From Octopus vulgaris (taxonomy: Eukaryota): a DNA stretch of 64,000 bases. Shown here piece by piece: positions 13,317-26,120 of the stretch. Under the pieces are notes generated by a model. That model was not told the DNA's origin. It did not search any database and saw only the letters and a list, made by a program, of their open reading frames with translations. The stretch spans positions 129,828,001-129,892,000 of the forward strand of contig OX597817.1 of assembly GCA_951406725.2 (NCBI GenBank), given 5' to 3'. Both the position numbers and the translations under genes were made by a program. How positions within the stretch are numbered: position 1 is the first letter of the stretch; every line of letters begins with the position of its first letter.

Positions 13317-13809
13317 CACACATGTGCATTCATACAAATAAATACTCATTCTAGAATGCATTCAGTAAAACAGTCCATCTGCCAGAAAAAGAAAAATATA
13401 ACTATACAAATAAATAAATAAATAAGATGCTTCTTAACTACAAACTATTACCTCCTCTTCCTTTTCTACCGTTACTGTAACGGCCACTGTTCTCTCTTTG
13501 AATTTTCTAATTACATACCAACAGCTATTTGTACCCATGTCTTCATTTCTCCCAAACTTCATTCCCACCCCACTTTCTACTGTCTCAACTCCTTTCCCCC
13601 AAAACACCATTCGTAACATATGTCTCCCTCCCTCTTTGTATAAATAGCATTCCTCTGCAAAAAAGCCTCCCCTACCATTTCATCCATAAACTTACAAACA
13701 TTCAAACCAAACATTAACCGTTCAACTGAGGCCATGTGCACTGCACCAGCATCCACTTCCGCAACAAAATTCTTATATTTTAAATAAAAAAAGAAAAAAA
13801 AAAGGAAGT

Positions 13810-14952
13810 GATGATAAATAACACCAGTGATGGTGGCGGCGGCGGTGGTGGTAGTGATGCTAATAGTGGCGACATTAACGATGATGGTGATGGTGGTGGT
13901 AGTGATGATAATAGTGTCGGCATTAACGATGATGATGATGATGGTGGTGGTGGTGGTTTTGATGGTAATAACGGTTGCATTGGTAGCGCGTTAGTGGTGG
14001 TGGTGGTGGTGGTGGTGGTGGTGGTGGTGGTGGTGGTGGTGGTGGTAGGAGTAAAATTAACAATGCAAGCGATGATGAAGGGTGTGTGTGGCCAAGAGAG
14101 AGTTACGGTGATGTTTTCGGAGCAGGGGCTGGTGATGGTGGCGATGGTGGTATTTGGAGGTGGTAGCAGAGCTACAGTGGTAACGGTGGTGGTGGTTGTG
14201 GTGGTGGTGGTGGTGATGATGAAAGCAATGGTAATGGTGATAAGGATATTAATGGTAGAGTGGTTGTTTTTGTTGTTATTGTTTGTGGTGGTAGAGGTGG
14301 TGGTAGTGGTGGTGGTGGTTTGGTGGCGGTGGAGATAATAGCTGTAATGGTGATTATGGTAACAATAGTGCTGCAGTTGATAGTGGTGGTGGAGGTGGTG
14401 ATGATCGTGGTGGTGGTGGTAGTGGTGGTAATGTTATGTTGGTAGTGGTAGTTAAAGGTACAGTGTCATTGATGGTAGTGTTAGAAATGATGTTAGTGAT
14501 GATAATGATGATAGTAGTGGTATGATGATAGTAGTAATGGTAGTAGTGGTGATAGTTGCTACTGACACCGCCGTCGTCGTCATAATAGTAATAGTGCCGG
14601 CTGTAGTGTTTCTAGAGGTGGTAGCGGTGGTGATAACAGTAGTGGTGGTGGTGGTGGTGGTGGTGGTGGTGGTGACGGTGATGGCGGTAGTGCTGGTGTT
14701 GAAAGTGGTGGTGGTAGTGGTGGTAGTGGTAGTAGTGGTGGTCGTGGTAGTGGTGGTTGTGGTGCTGGTGCTGGTTATGGTGATGATGGTGGTGGTAGTG
14801 GTGGTAATGGTCTCTTTTCCGTTTTGGACTGAGGACGACGTAGCAGTGGTGGTGACTGTACCAGTGTTGTTACTTTTGGGCGGTGGTGGTGATGGTGGTG
14901 GTGGTGGTGGTGGTAGTGTTGGTGATGCTGAGCTGCTGCTAGTTGCTGCTGC

Positions 14953-14998
<46 letters not shown>

Positions 14999-15790
14999 GG
15001 TGGTGGTGGTAATGGCGGTGATGAAAGTAGTGCTAATGTTGACAAAGCTGAGTTGATGATGATGATGATGATGATGGGTGGTGGTGGTGGTGGTGGTGGT
15101 GGTGGTGGTGGTGGTGATGGCGGTGGTCGCGGTGGTAGAGGTGGCCAGGGATTGTTAGGTAAGGTTATGGTGATGGTATCGGACAAACAATGTGATGGTT
15201 TGTAGTAACAGCAGTGGTGGTGGTGGTGGTGGTGGCGGTAGTGGTGGTAGTGATAATGGTAATGGTGGTGGTTGTTCTTGGAGCCGACAAACAAGGCGGT
15301 AGTGGTGATGGCTGTTGTATGGTGGTGACAGATCGTCGATGGTGGTGGTGGTGGTGATGATGGTGGTGGTGGTGGTGGTGGTGGTGGTGATGGTGGTGGT
15401 GGTGGTAGTGGGGATGGTGGCATTAGTTTAGGTAGGTAATAACAACAACAACAATAATAATAATAATAATAATTTCTTTTATTAGCCACGGGGGCATAAA
15501 TGAGGAGGGGGGACTTCACAAAATGGAAAGGGTACTGATGAATAAACAGTAGTGGTAGTGCTAGGTGGTGGTGGTTATGGTGGTGGTGGTTGTGGTGGTG
15601 GTTATGGTGGAGGTGGATGTGGTAGTGGTGGTGGTGGCGGCGGCTTGTTGCTGTGGTAGCAATATGAAATAGTGGTGGTGGAGTTGGAACTGCTGTCGCT
15701 GTGGTGTCAAGTTGTTCGCGGCAGTGTATGAAAATAGTAGTGGAAGTGGTGGATGTGGTTGATACGGCTATAGTAGTAGTACTGGTGCAA
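13810..15790. repeat. Cryptic (GGT/GAT/AGT)n low-complexity tract
   Basis: About 2 kb of degenerate GGT-family triplets. Source of the poly-V/G/P/T ORFs. Confidence 0.9.
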
Positions 15791-16056
15791 ATAGTGGTAG
15801 TAATAGCGGTTGTTATTGTTGTAGCGGTGTAGTCCCCGTCGCCCCAGGGTCAGTCTTAATCGAGCAGACCTTAATAATAATTGGTCGCTGAGTGGTAATT
15901 GTAATTACGGCGATGGTGATGGAGGGTGGGGGAGGGGGAGAAATCTGATGTATTTTCTGCCATAAATAAATTTACCGTCTGACCAGCGCTCCAGCCGTGC
16001 CCATCGTCGCTATGTATACGTGTTATTTATATTAATTTGTGTATTTTAATCGAAAT

Positions 16057-16222
16057 AGGCAAAAGGCGTGGCTGTGTGGATAAGAAGCTTGCTGTTCAAA
16101 CACGTGGTATTGGGGTCAGTTCCTCTGTGCAGCATCTTGGGCAAGTGTCTTCCTTCTATAACCCCAGGCTGACCAAACCCCTCTGAGTGAAATTGGCAGA
16201 CGGAAACTGGCACAAGACCGTC

Positions 16223-16223
<1 letters not shown>
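16057..16223 (+). mobile_element. SINE family A, 5' half (tail fragment at ~16695-16740)
   Basis: ggcgtggctgtgtggataagaagcttgc...catcttgggcaagtgtcttc...gacggaaactg. Confidence 0.8.
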
Positions 16224-16257
<34 letters not shown>

Positions 16258-16265
16258 CATATATT

Positions 16266-16353
<88 letters not shown>

Positions 16354-16414
16354 CATACATACATACATACATACATACATACATACATACATACATACAT
16401 ACATACACACTCTC

Positions 16415-16630
16415 GTGCGTGGGGGGGGGAAGTTCCTGGTTTTAAGGGTATCGCGAAAAGACTGTTTGGAAGCTTAACCTTCCGAGTTTTTTTTTACAAG
16501 GCTGAGAAAAACTAAAGGACCGCTGCAATAATTGTGAATCTGAAAGGGGAATATGTTGGATAAAATCAAAATTAACTGATCCTCTTGTATTCTCTTTTAC
16601 CTAAAGTCAGGAACTTTTCAGTACCCCCTA
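16415..16630 (+). mobile_element. mariner-derived MITE nested in a SINE microsatellite
   Basis: TIR-like ends ggggaagttcctggtttt / aaagtcaggaacttttcagtaccccc. The interior retains a transposase C-terminus remnant ([11 protein letters not shown]...KGEYVG*-like, with indels). Confidence 0.7.
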
Positions 16631-16637
16631 GTTATAT

Positions 16638-16696
<59 letters not shown>

Positions 16697-16859
16697 CCAG
16701 CATGGCCACAGTCCAATGACTGCAACAAATATGGGAAAGAACGATAAATATGGAAGGACAAAATTCGAGAGAAACTTGGCCGAGATGAAGCTAGTTTGGG
16801 TGGTAAGATTATTCTGTGATGGTGGGAACGGCAGAAGTATCCTTGTAGAGAGAGAGAGA

Positions 16860-17890
16860 GCAGAGAGTATTATAGGTGGTATATAAAGTAAAAGAAGTTT
16901 TGTGGAGAGTATAAGTAGTAGTTGTTTTGAAGAAATATAGGGAGTAGTAGTTTTGAGTGTTTGTAAAGAGTAAAGGTTTTTGGGGGTTGTATAGAGTACG
17001 AGTTTTGCAAGGAGTAAAGAGAGTAGTCGTTTTGTAAGAAATATAGAAAGTATATGAATGAGTATGAGGAGCGGAGGTCTTTTAGGGAATATTAGGGGTT
17101 TTATAGAGAGTATTGAGAATAGTCTTTTTGTTAGAAATATAGGGAATAGGAGTTTTGAGTGAGTATAGGGTGGAGAGGTATAGGGTGGAGAGGTCGCAGC
17201 GGTTTTTTTAGGGAGTAAAGGTTTTGAGTGCTTATAGAGAGCAGAGGATTTGAGGGGATGTGTATGGGATTGCGGGTTTATAGGGAATATGGGGGCGGGG
17301 AATCACTTTGTATATGGAGTAACGACTTTGAATGACTATAGGGAGAGGGGTCTTTTGGAGATTATTAAGGATTTTATAGGGAGTATAGAAAGTAATCGTT
17401 TTGCAAGAAATACTTGGAGTAGGGGTTTTGAGTGAATATAGAGTGAATATCAGGAACAGCAATTTCGCAGGGAGTTATCATTTTGTAAAGAAAAATAAAA
17501 GGAGTAGGGGCTTTGAGTGAGTCTAGCGAGTGGAGGTCTTTTAAAGAATATTAAGTTTTTTTTTAGAGTCTCGGGAGATATCGATTTTTTAGATAATATT
17601 GGGAGTGGGGGAATTGGGTGAGTGCAGGTCTCTTAGTGAATATTAGGGTTTTTATAGGAAGTATAGAGGGAGTAGTCATTTTGAAAAAAATATAGGGAGT
17701 AGAGGTTCTGAGTGCTTAGAGAAGGTTGAATTTGTGTGTGGGGGAGGGGCGTTGTATATGAAGTTGCAGGTTCATAAGGAATATACAAAAAGTAGTTGTT
17801 TTGCTAGAAATATAGGGAGTAGTGGTTTGGGTGAGGGAGCAGTATATGGTGTGGATTTGCAGGGAGTATAAGGTTTTGTAGGTCGTAATG
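16860..17890. repeat. Old purine-rich satellite with a unit of about 95-100 bp
   Basis: Recurring gaggtctttt..gaatatta.gg.ttttatag.gagtat.ga...tagtc.ttttg..agaaatatagggagtag.ggttttgagtg. The + strand is strongly C-poor. Confidence 0.65.
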
Positions 17891-18139
17891 TTGGTGTGAT
17901 AAAGTTTGGGTGAGGACAGATGTTGCTCGTTTAGCCTAAGGTCAGGTTTGATTGAACGCACATTACCCAAAATCTTCCAGCCGTGGACATCCCGACTTCT
18001 TTTTAAGGTTATTTAAGACTACTTTATGTAGTCTTAAATAACAAGTTACATTGTGATTTGAGGAGGATTTGGCTGCTCATTCCAGCAGGGCAAGCATCTA
18101 TGTTCAGGCTCCTTTGTTGGTAGGGAACGTAAAGATTAG

Positions 18140-18815
18140 GGATGGGGAAGGGTGGAATGGATGGGGCGGCGGTTGTGGCAATGTGGTGGTGCTGGTGGCT
18201 GTGGGGGTAGTGCTGATCGTAGTGATGAGAGTGATGATAATGGTGGTGTAGAGTTAGTGGTAGTGGTGGTGATGGTGGTGGTGGTAGTAACGGAGATAGT
18301 GATGGTGGTGAAGGTGATGCAGAGAACAGTGATGATGGTGGTATCAGAGATAGTGGTGGTGGTGGTGGTGGTGATGATGATTGTGGAGATAGTTGTGGAG
18401 CTTGTGGTGGTGATGATGATGATGGTAGAGTGGATGTTGGGGGAAGTGATGGGGTTGGTGGGGTGGGGTGATGGTGGGTGGGGTGATGGTGGGTGGAGTG
18501 ATGGTGGGTGGGGTGATGGTGGGTGGTAGTGATGGGGTGCTGATGGTAGTGTTTGAAGTGGTGGTGGTGGTGGTAGGAGTAGTGGTGGGGTCGGAGGTTT
18601 TCGCGGTAAAATGTGTGGAGTGTAGGTGAGGATGATGGCGTTGGTGATGGTTGTAGTGATGGTGGTGCTGTCGGTAGTGGTAGTGGTGGTGGTGGTAGTG
18701 GTTATGGCAGATTTGTTGGGAATGTAGGTGATGATAATGCTACTGTAGCGGTGGTAGTAGGTAGTAGGTGGTGGTAGTGGTGGTGGTGTACTCGTGATGG
18801 TGGTGGTGGTGTGTC
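18140..18815. repeat. Cryptic (GGT/GAT)n low-complexity tract
   Basis: Degenerate triplets, including four copies of a 15-mer (gggtggggtgatggt) at ~18460-18525. Confidence 0.85.
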
Positions 18816-19102
18816 TACTGTAATACTCAGCTAATGATTTAACAGAACATTCCAGATGTTGTGTTTTCAATCAACATACGCTCACACATGCATGTATGCA
18901 TGCGCGTGCACACACACGCACACACACGCACGCACACACACATACACATACACACATTCATAAACTCATACAAATAAACATGCAAATACATACACACATA
19001 TGCAGGTAGATACAGACATATACTTACAAGCGTACATGCATACACACTTATTTATACACACAATATGATGCGTAAAATACATTCTCACAGGGGCACAAAC
19101 AC

Positions 19103-19164
<62 letters not shown>

Positions 19165-19476
19165 TTTTCTATCTGTCTGTCTGTATGTATGTCTGTCTGT
19201 TTGTCTGTCTGTCTGTCTACCCTCATACCTGCTTACGCGCCTGCTAGCCTGCCTGACTGCCTGCTTGTCTGTCTATTTGACTTTGAAATCTGCATACCTG
19301 CATTTATGTTTGCACGCACGCACGCACACACACACACACACACACAACCACCCATATACATACGTGTGTGTGTGTGTGTATTGATATACGTGTGTGTATG
19401 TATATGTATGCATATGTACATATATGTATATATGGATGTATATATAAATACACACACACATACGCGCATACGCACG

Positions 19477-19522
<46 letters not shown>

Positions 19523-20479
19523 GTGTGTACGAAACAGGTAGATGGCATGTACAAGGACCAGGTAACTGTAGTACTCTGTGGACAAGTAAGCATGTTAAAA
19601 TATGCAACCGCATGTGGATGTAATTTTTCCCATCAATACAGCCTGAGAATATCGCTACACAGGAGTCCACCAGCGGTGTTGGTCGGCACCTTGTTCGACG
19701 ATGAATCTTACTTGGATTGGCGCTTTAATTAGTCGAAAGACGAAGTTTGTTGCTCTTGGCAGGATTTGAAAGCCGAATGTAAAGAGCCGTACAAAGCATT
19801 TTTCGCAACGCCCTACAGATTCTTTCAGCCCGCTGCCTTTAATTGCTTCTGATCTGGACATAAAGCCAGCAATTTTGAGGAGAAAGTGTTAGTTGAATCT
19901 ATCGATCCCAACGGTAAAAGAGCAACCAGTAAAGAGTTTCGGCAGATGGTACAGAGATTTACTAGATGATAAGAAGCAAAGCAAAGAAACACACCTACAT
20001 CATCGACTCCGAAAGGATGAAAAGCAAAGATGAACTCGGCGGAATTTGAACTTAGAACGTAAAGAGCCGGAAGAAACACACGGCTTTATTCTGACACTTA
20101 AATGGTTCCGCTAAACCGCTGCTTCTATTTGTTTCTAATATAGAAGACTAGGCCTGAAATTTTTTAAGAAGTACTCGATTGAATTGACACTCCGTACTTG
20201 ATTGTTATTTTATTTTATCAATAAAGGCAAAGCCAACACAGGTAGAATTTGAACGCAGAACATAAAGAGCCGATCAAATATTCTAAAATTCTGCCAGTCC
20301 ACCTTCTTATTTAATGTCTTGGAGGGATGCCATACTCTGAGTCAATCTCTTGGCTCATAGACCAAGCCAAAGGGTATAATGCTAAGAAGCAGCAGTACTC
20401 TGCGTACTTGAAAGCAGTGAACGAATATTTCAGTAAAGGCAATTCTAGGAATAAATGACCAGCGTCACTGTCTAAGGAA

Positions 20480-21290
20480 TACTCATGTGTTACTACGATA
20501 AATTGAGGATGATATTTACAACAGGAAAGTTCACAACAGAGTGGCAACGACTTGAAGTAGGTATTGCAGCTGGATACACGATATCAGTCATCTTATCTGT
20601 GCTAGTCATAGAGATGTTACTATGATCAACAAAGTGTGAGAAATCTGTCACAAAGTCATCATTAAGGGCTTTTATGGACGACGCTACTACTTTATCAGAA
20701 AGTAGGGAGGCAGCAGATGAAACGTTAGAGCGGTTGGATAAACTAATACGATGGGCGAGAATAAGATTCAAAGCTAAAAAATCTCGAAGCGTGGCTTTCG
20801 TGAAAGGAGTCCAAAAAGAAGTGAAATTCAGGATAGGAGGTGAAGATATACCAACGGTGAAAGAACAACCAGTAAAGAGTTTCGGCAGATGGTACAGAGA
20901 TTTACTAAATGATAAAAAGTTAAGCAAAGAAAACAAAAAAAAAAAAAAAAACACACGGTTTAGAGTGGAACATGAATTAAAGGAATTGACAGAACAACAT
21001 TATCGGCGAACCTCAAATGTTGGATACTGCAATTTGGTCTGTACCCAAGTACAAATGTACGAAATAGCCTCGTGTAGCCTCGTGTAGTAGAAAGGATGGA
21101 ACAAAGATGCAGTATATTTATCAGAAAAATGGCTTGATCTTCCAAAACCCACTGAATACAACTGCAGTATATGGAAAACCCGTGTTGCAACTACCGATAA
21201 CATCAATCGACGAAGAATATAAGGCAGGAAGGGCAAGGACAGTAATGATGCTAGGGTATTCGAAAGATCAGAACATTCGAGTATTTAATA
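20480..21290 (+). mobile_element. HERO-like (RLE-type) non-LTR retrotransposon RT fragment
   Basis: FTTEWQRLEVGIAAGYTISVIL...LRAFMDDATTL...WARIRFKAKKSRSVAFVKG...IPTVKEQPVKSFGRWY, followed by IRKWL..P and LQLPITSIDEEYKAGRARTVMML. Confidence 0.8.
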
Positions 21291-21696
21291 GGAAATTTGG
21301 TAGGATCATTCGCCCGCCCACTGACATTTGTCGACGCTGCATCGAAGAAACCAAAGAACAAAAGAAAAAAGGAGAAAGAAAAAACGCACTCAACACCAGA
21401 GCTGAAGACACCTCCGAAAGTGGAGGCGGGAGTGCAACATTGAAAACGGTAGAGGACTAGGGGCCGGAACCGGATGTGGTTCCTCCAGATGATGTCTTTA
21501 GCCACTGGGTCCTATAAAGGAGCTGTTGAGGTAGCGAACCACGAAACGTGGTTGAGATTCCATAAGTGTCCAGCCATATAATTTTAGTATATAGTTTGTT
21601 TTTAACAAAAACAGTGGCACTAAGTCCCGAGCACAGTAGTGAGAGGGAGAGCGAGAGATAGAGATAGGGAGAGAGAGAACGAGAGAGAGAAAGTGC

Positions 21697-21727
<31 letters not shown>

Positions 21728-21779
21728 CTAAGAATTTCCTGGCTACGTCTGTCACTACGTGAAATGTGAGAACACTGAC

Positions 21780-23860
21780 CACAAATGTTGAATATTAGGT
21801 AGAATCGGTCGATAACATGACGAATTTGGAAATTAAGGTTCTTAATGTCTCTGACATACAGCGTACCACAAGCATTTGAAGTGGAAAAAACATATTTTCA
21901 TTCAGTCATATAAAACAGATTACATTCAAAGACATGTGGCTATAATAATAGGGAAAGAATTCGCAACAAAGCATCACATCCTGCTAATACTACTCTGAAA
22001 GCTTAATGAGAGTTTATAACGATACCGCAGGAACAGTAGTCATTTTTCAAATCTTTGCCACAAGTTACAATGATGAAGTATCATATGAATTCATTGATGC
22101 CCTCCAAGCAGAAAAATAAATTAGCTGTCTTGAAACAGCAGTGGCACGAGCATTGAACATTTCAGCGCAAAAGTAGGAGAAAATCAGTGCAAGAACTGAC
22201 CAAATGTTACAGTAAAATATGGTCTGGATAAAGTAAAGAAGTGCGGATAAGAATTACTGCAATTCTGCGAACTAAACACCCCTGTACATGTGGTCTGTTC
22301 CACCACTCACTGAAAAGGCAAGAAACATCGATCTCATTCGACAACCAGACCTTGAATCAAGATGACGATATCCAAGAAAAGTAGAAGCCAAACTAAAAAG
22401 AGCGAGAGAATAAAAAGGACAATTGGCTGGATTAGCTTCTGACCTTTTCTTTTTTTTTTCTCTTCGAAAATTTTGAAATGTTACATAAAAAGCCAAATGT
22501 TACATAAATAATAATATCAAATCGATATGACGTGAACAAAATTGTTGCTAAACGGCCTGGTTCGAAAGTTTGAAACACAGAAAATGATAGTTTTACAGAC
22601 TTGTTTTCGTTTGAGATTAGTGACATAGATGAAATGCGTGTGTCTTTTTAAAGAATAAAATACACAAATAATAGAAGAAACCGTTGGCCTGAAACTTCGG
22701 GTCGACCATCAGAAATAAGGACAATTTATGAACCAGAGAAACAAAGCGAAGAATTAGAACAGCAAACCGAAAAACTCTGACGGTATAATTCGACCAGAAT
22801 GAAACAGAGAATTTAGCAAAACGTTCAAAACAACTGTTAAATTATAAACGAACCAAAATCAGTAAGACAAAATAGAATTACTAGAAGCTGATTCTAGGAG
22901 ATTAATAGTCACGACAGTTTCAAGTTAGTCTATGAAATTGAAAGTAAGATCAGAAGAAAAATATTCAGTGCAATCAAAGATATAAACGGTGACATGCATC
23001 TTAATACAGCTGACACGCATACATGCACAATGTAGGAGAGATTATTTCGAGTAAATTCTTAATGGTAAATTCCTATACAACCAGGAAACTATATTAGTAA
23101 TGCTAGATATTCCATCTGTGGCGGATATTCTAGTAGACACAATAAAAATAGAAATAGTAAAAACAATCAAAGGAACAGAAAAACCATAAAGCCTCCGTAA
23201 AGACAGAGGCGAGCACAGGATTAATAGGCTACATGCAGTAATAAAACACAGGGAAAACAGAAAGGACATCAAACTGCCGGATCTATAGTGATAAAACATA
23301 TATAAAGAGGGTGATATTCCAAACTCCGAACATTACAAGATGGCGTTTTAGTAGAGCCCATCACAAAGGAATAAAAAATATAACCGAAGGAATAGCAGGG
23401 GAGAGATTAAACTTTGTAAAAGGCTCAGCTAAGTAAAACTATAGAAGGCAATGACAGCAATAAGCATAGAACCTCGAAATTAGTACGACTTATTGAATTA
23501 TCTACAATATAGAGCGTACTGCGGTTGTGGAGGATCAGCTAACGGGTTGGTTTAAAGTTCGTATGGGTCTGAAACAAGATTGTTTGATACCCTCTACTCC
23601 TTTTCAGCATCTTCCTAAAATTTGTCTTGTACTCACAAACACTCCCTCCACAGACATTAAATACACTGATGATACTGCTTTAATATGAGCAGCTTTTAGT
23701 AATTTAAAAATATCCACTAAATATTTAGATGAAGCATAAAAAAATGGGACGTGCAAATAAATTTTGCAAAGTACAAGATCTTGTCACCTATCTAGAAATT
23801 GATGACACGGAATGATTCTGAAGAAGAACATCGAAGAGTTTGTGTTTCTTGGTAAATGTA
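21780..23860 (+). mobile_element. Heavily decayed RTE/RTEX-like LINE (APE + RT)
   Basis: VVIFQIFA (~22040), KYGL...ELLQFCELN (~22215-22275), LTGWFKVRMGLKQDCL (~23540-23585) and DIKYTDDTALI (~23655-23685). Confidence 0.65.
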
Positions 23861-23930
23861 TCAGAGCATCCAATCGAAGTGGGTGGCGGTGATCCAACAG
23901 ATCCAACTACTATATATATATATATATATA

Positions 23931-24155
23931 TATTTCTTTACTACCCACAAGGGGCTAAACACAGAGGGGACAAACAAGGACAGACAAACGGATTAAGTCG
24001 ATTACATAGACCCCAGTGCGTAACTGGTACTTAATTTATCGACCCCGAAAGGATGAAAGGCAAAGTCGACCTCGGCGGAATTTGAACTCAGAACGTAACG
24101 TCAGACGATATACGGCTACGCATTTCGCCCGGCGTACTAACGTTTCTGCCAGCTC
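23931..24155 (-). mobile_element. tRNA-derived SINE, family B (Meta/MESC-like central domain), young copy
   Basis: Minus strand reads GCTGGCAGAAACGTTAG...GAGTTCAAATTCCGCCGAGGTCGACTTTGCCTTTCATCCTTTCGGGGTCGATAAATTAAGTACCAG. Near-identical copies at 45321-45552 and 60400-60622. Confidence 0.85.
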
Positions 24156-24314
24156 ATATATAAGCGCGCATACAAACACGCACACACTCGCACATGCACA
24201 CGCATACACAGATGCGCACATACACTCACACACACAAAAACAAACACACACACACAACTATCAAGCAGTGAGAATGAGTGCTCAACACCGCATTGATGGA
24301 TAATAAATTTATTC

Positions 24315-24482
24315 ATTTATGGGTTAACCAAGCTGTCAGTGGTTTCATGTAAAGTCTGTTACATGGAAATTTAGGTACACGTTTAATGGAGACGAGTACC
24401 AACGTTCCATGTGGCAAACTTGAAAATTGTAAAGAGATGCCTGTTAAATGAAACTGCTGGTTGCCTTATTAACCCACAAATA
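24315..24482. mobile_element. Small MITE-like element with imperfect TIRs
   Basis: atttatgggttaaccaagctgtcagtggtttcat is an imperfect reverse complement of atgaaactgctggttgccttattaacccacaaat. Confidence 0.55.
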
Positions 24483-24929
24483 ACATAGTTTATATATATA
24501 TATATACGGAGCAAATAATTCAGGAGAAATATTTGCGAAGATATTATTGATACTGTTATTATCTAGAGTAGCAATTAAAAATAATAATAATAACAGAATC
24601 AATAATATAGGCGATTGAAGGCCCCCAAAAGCATTGAATAGCTGAAAGGTTAAAATTAATCAAAGGACATACTAAGTATGTTTAAATACGAATTTTGACT
24701 GTTATTTCCAGCAGGTAGGCATATTTAGTATGTCCTTTGATTAATTTTAATCCTTCAGCTAAGTTTTTATTATTAATAATTATGACGCGCACTCTTTAAC
24801 CCTTTACTTGACCTTTCCTTCCTGCCTGTCTGTCTTCCTCTCTACCTGTTTCTTTCCTTCTTATTTTTCACCCTTTCTGGTTTCTTTTCCTCTCTCTCTC
24901 TCTCTCTCACTCCTCCTCCTCCTCTCTCT

Positions 24930-25521
24930 CACTCCTCCTCTCTCTGGCCGGTGACCGGACTACTAACTTTCTTTCGCTCGCAGATTTCAACAAGTCAACA
25001 CCAACTTCTTCTGTCTCTAGCAAGTCGATTTTCTGAATTGCGCTCCAACGAATTTTTCCACCGTCTAGGCTTAAAAAAGCCCTCAATGTTATTTTCCTTG
25101 TCCTGTTTTTATTCTTTATGTGAACTATATTTTTATTTGTATTGCTTTTACGTCCTGTTCTTGTCACTTTTTTTCTTTTTTTACCCCTCTGCAAAAGAAT
25201 TTTATTTAATTCATTTTGCAGGAAGGATTGCTTCGGCCGGATCGTGTTCTGCCCTTACCTTCGAAACACGCATTGAGTCGAACCAGGGGCAGCTGATGAA
25301 GGGGAATATTCCTTGTATTGTTTGTCTTGTACTCTGTTTTTTCGTTGTTAAAAAAGTCCGTTTCCTTGTTTGTTTTTATGTTTTCGTTTCTCGTTGTGTT
25401 CTACGTTTATTTGCGGTGTCCTGTACTCATACATATATATATATGCACGTATATATACATATAGATATAGGTATGTACATATATGAATGTATGTATGCAT
25501 ATGTTTTATTTGTTAAATTGT

Positions 25522-25527
<6 letters not shown>
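24930..25527 (+). repeat. Dispersed non-coding element ending in (TA)n, related to 38900-39190
   Basis: Shared tract ttcgaaa...ctgangaaggggaat.ttc.ttgtattgt.tgtc.tgtactct...ggtgtcctgtactcata...ttttattt in both copies. Confidence 0.7.
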
Positions 25528-25606
<79 letters not shown>

Positions 25607-25718
25607 GTGTGTGTGTGTGTGCGTGTGTGTACGTCATTAAAGTGACTGAGGGCAATAGTCAGCACCAATACTCCTAGAAATAAGAGTTAAAACAACTCAG
25701 AGCCACAAGAAGCACCTT

Positions 25719-25980
25719 TCTTAATGACTGACAAGGGAAACAAGCTCCCTCAGCGCCTTGGCATAGCCAGATCACAGTGATTTCGCATTTATATTTATGC
25801 TTGTCGGTGACTCTCACCTAGCGCCTTGGGATAAACTCAACTTGCCTTGTCAGTTTATAAAGATTATCATAGAAATCATACGCTGATTTCCTAAACGAGC
25901 ATTAATATAAATATTAAATCTCTGTGATCTGGCTATGCATAGGCGCTGATAGAGCTTGCCTCCCCTGTCAATCATTAAGA
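25719..25980. mobile_element. MITE with TIRs of about 65-90 bp
   Basis: tcttaatgactgacaagggaaacaagctccctcagcgccttggcatagccagatcacagtgattt matches the reverse complement of 25916-25980 with few mismatches. Confidence 0.75.
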
Positions 25981-26035
25981 TACATATGTATGTAAGTATG
26001 CATGTATTATGTATATACGTGTATGTGTGAGTGTA

Positions 26036-26120
<85 letters not shown>

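Noticed and set aside
13808-15519. Long ORFs (176, 227 and 355 aa) rich in V/G/P/T, resembling extensins or mucins
   Set aside because: They are translations of degenerate (GGT)n triplets, open in several frames on both strands, with no domain or splice evidence.
18008-18042. Perfect 15-bp hairpin resembling an intrinsic terminator
   Set aside because: It is AT-rich, lacks a U-tract and lies inside a decayed eukaryotic repeat. Probably a local fold-back.
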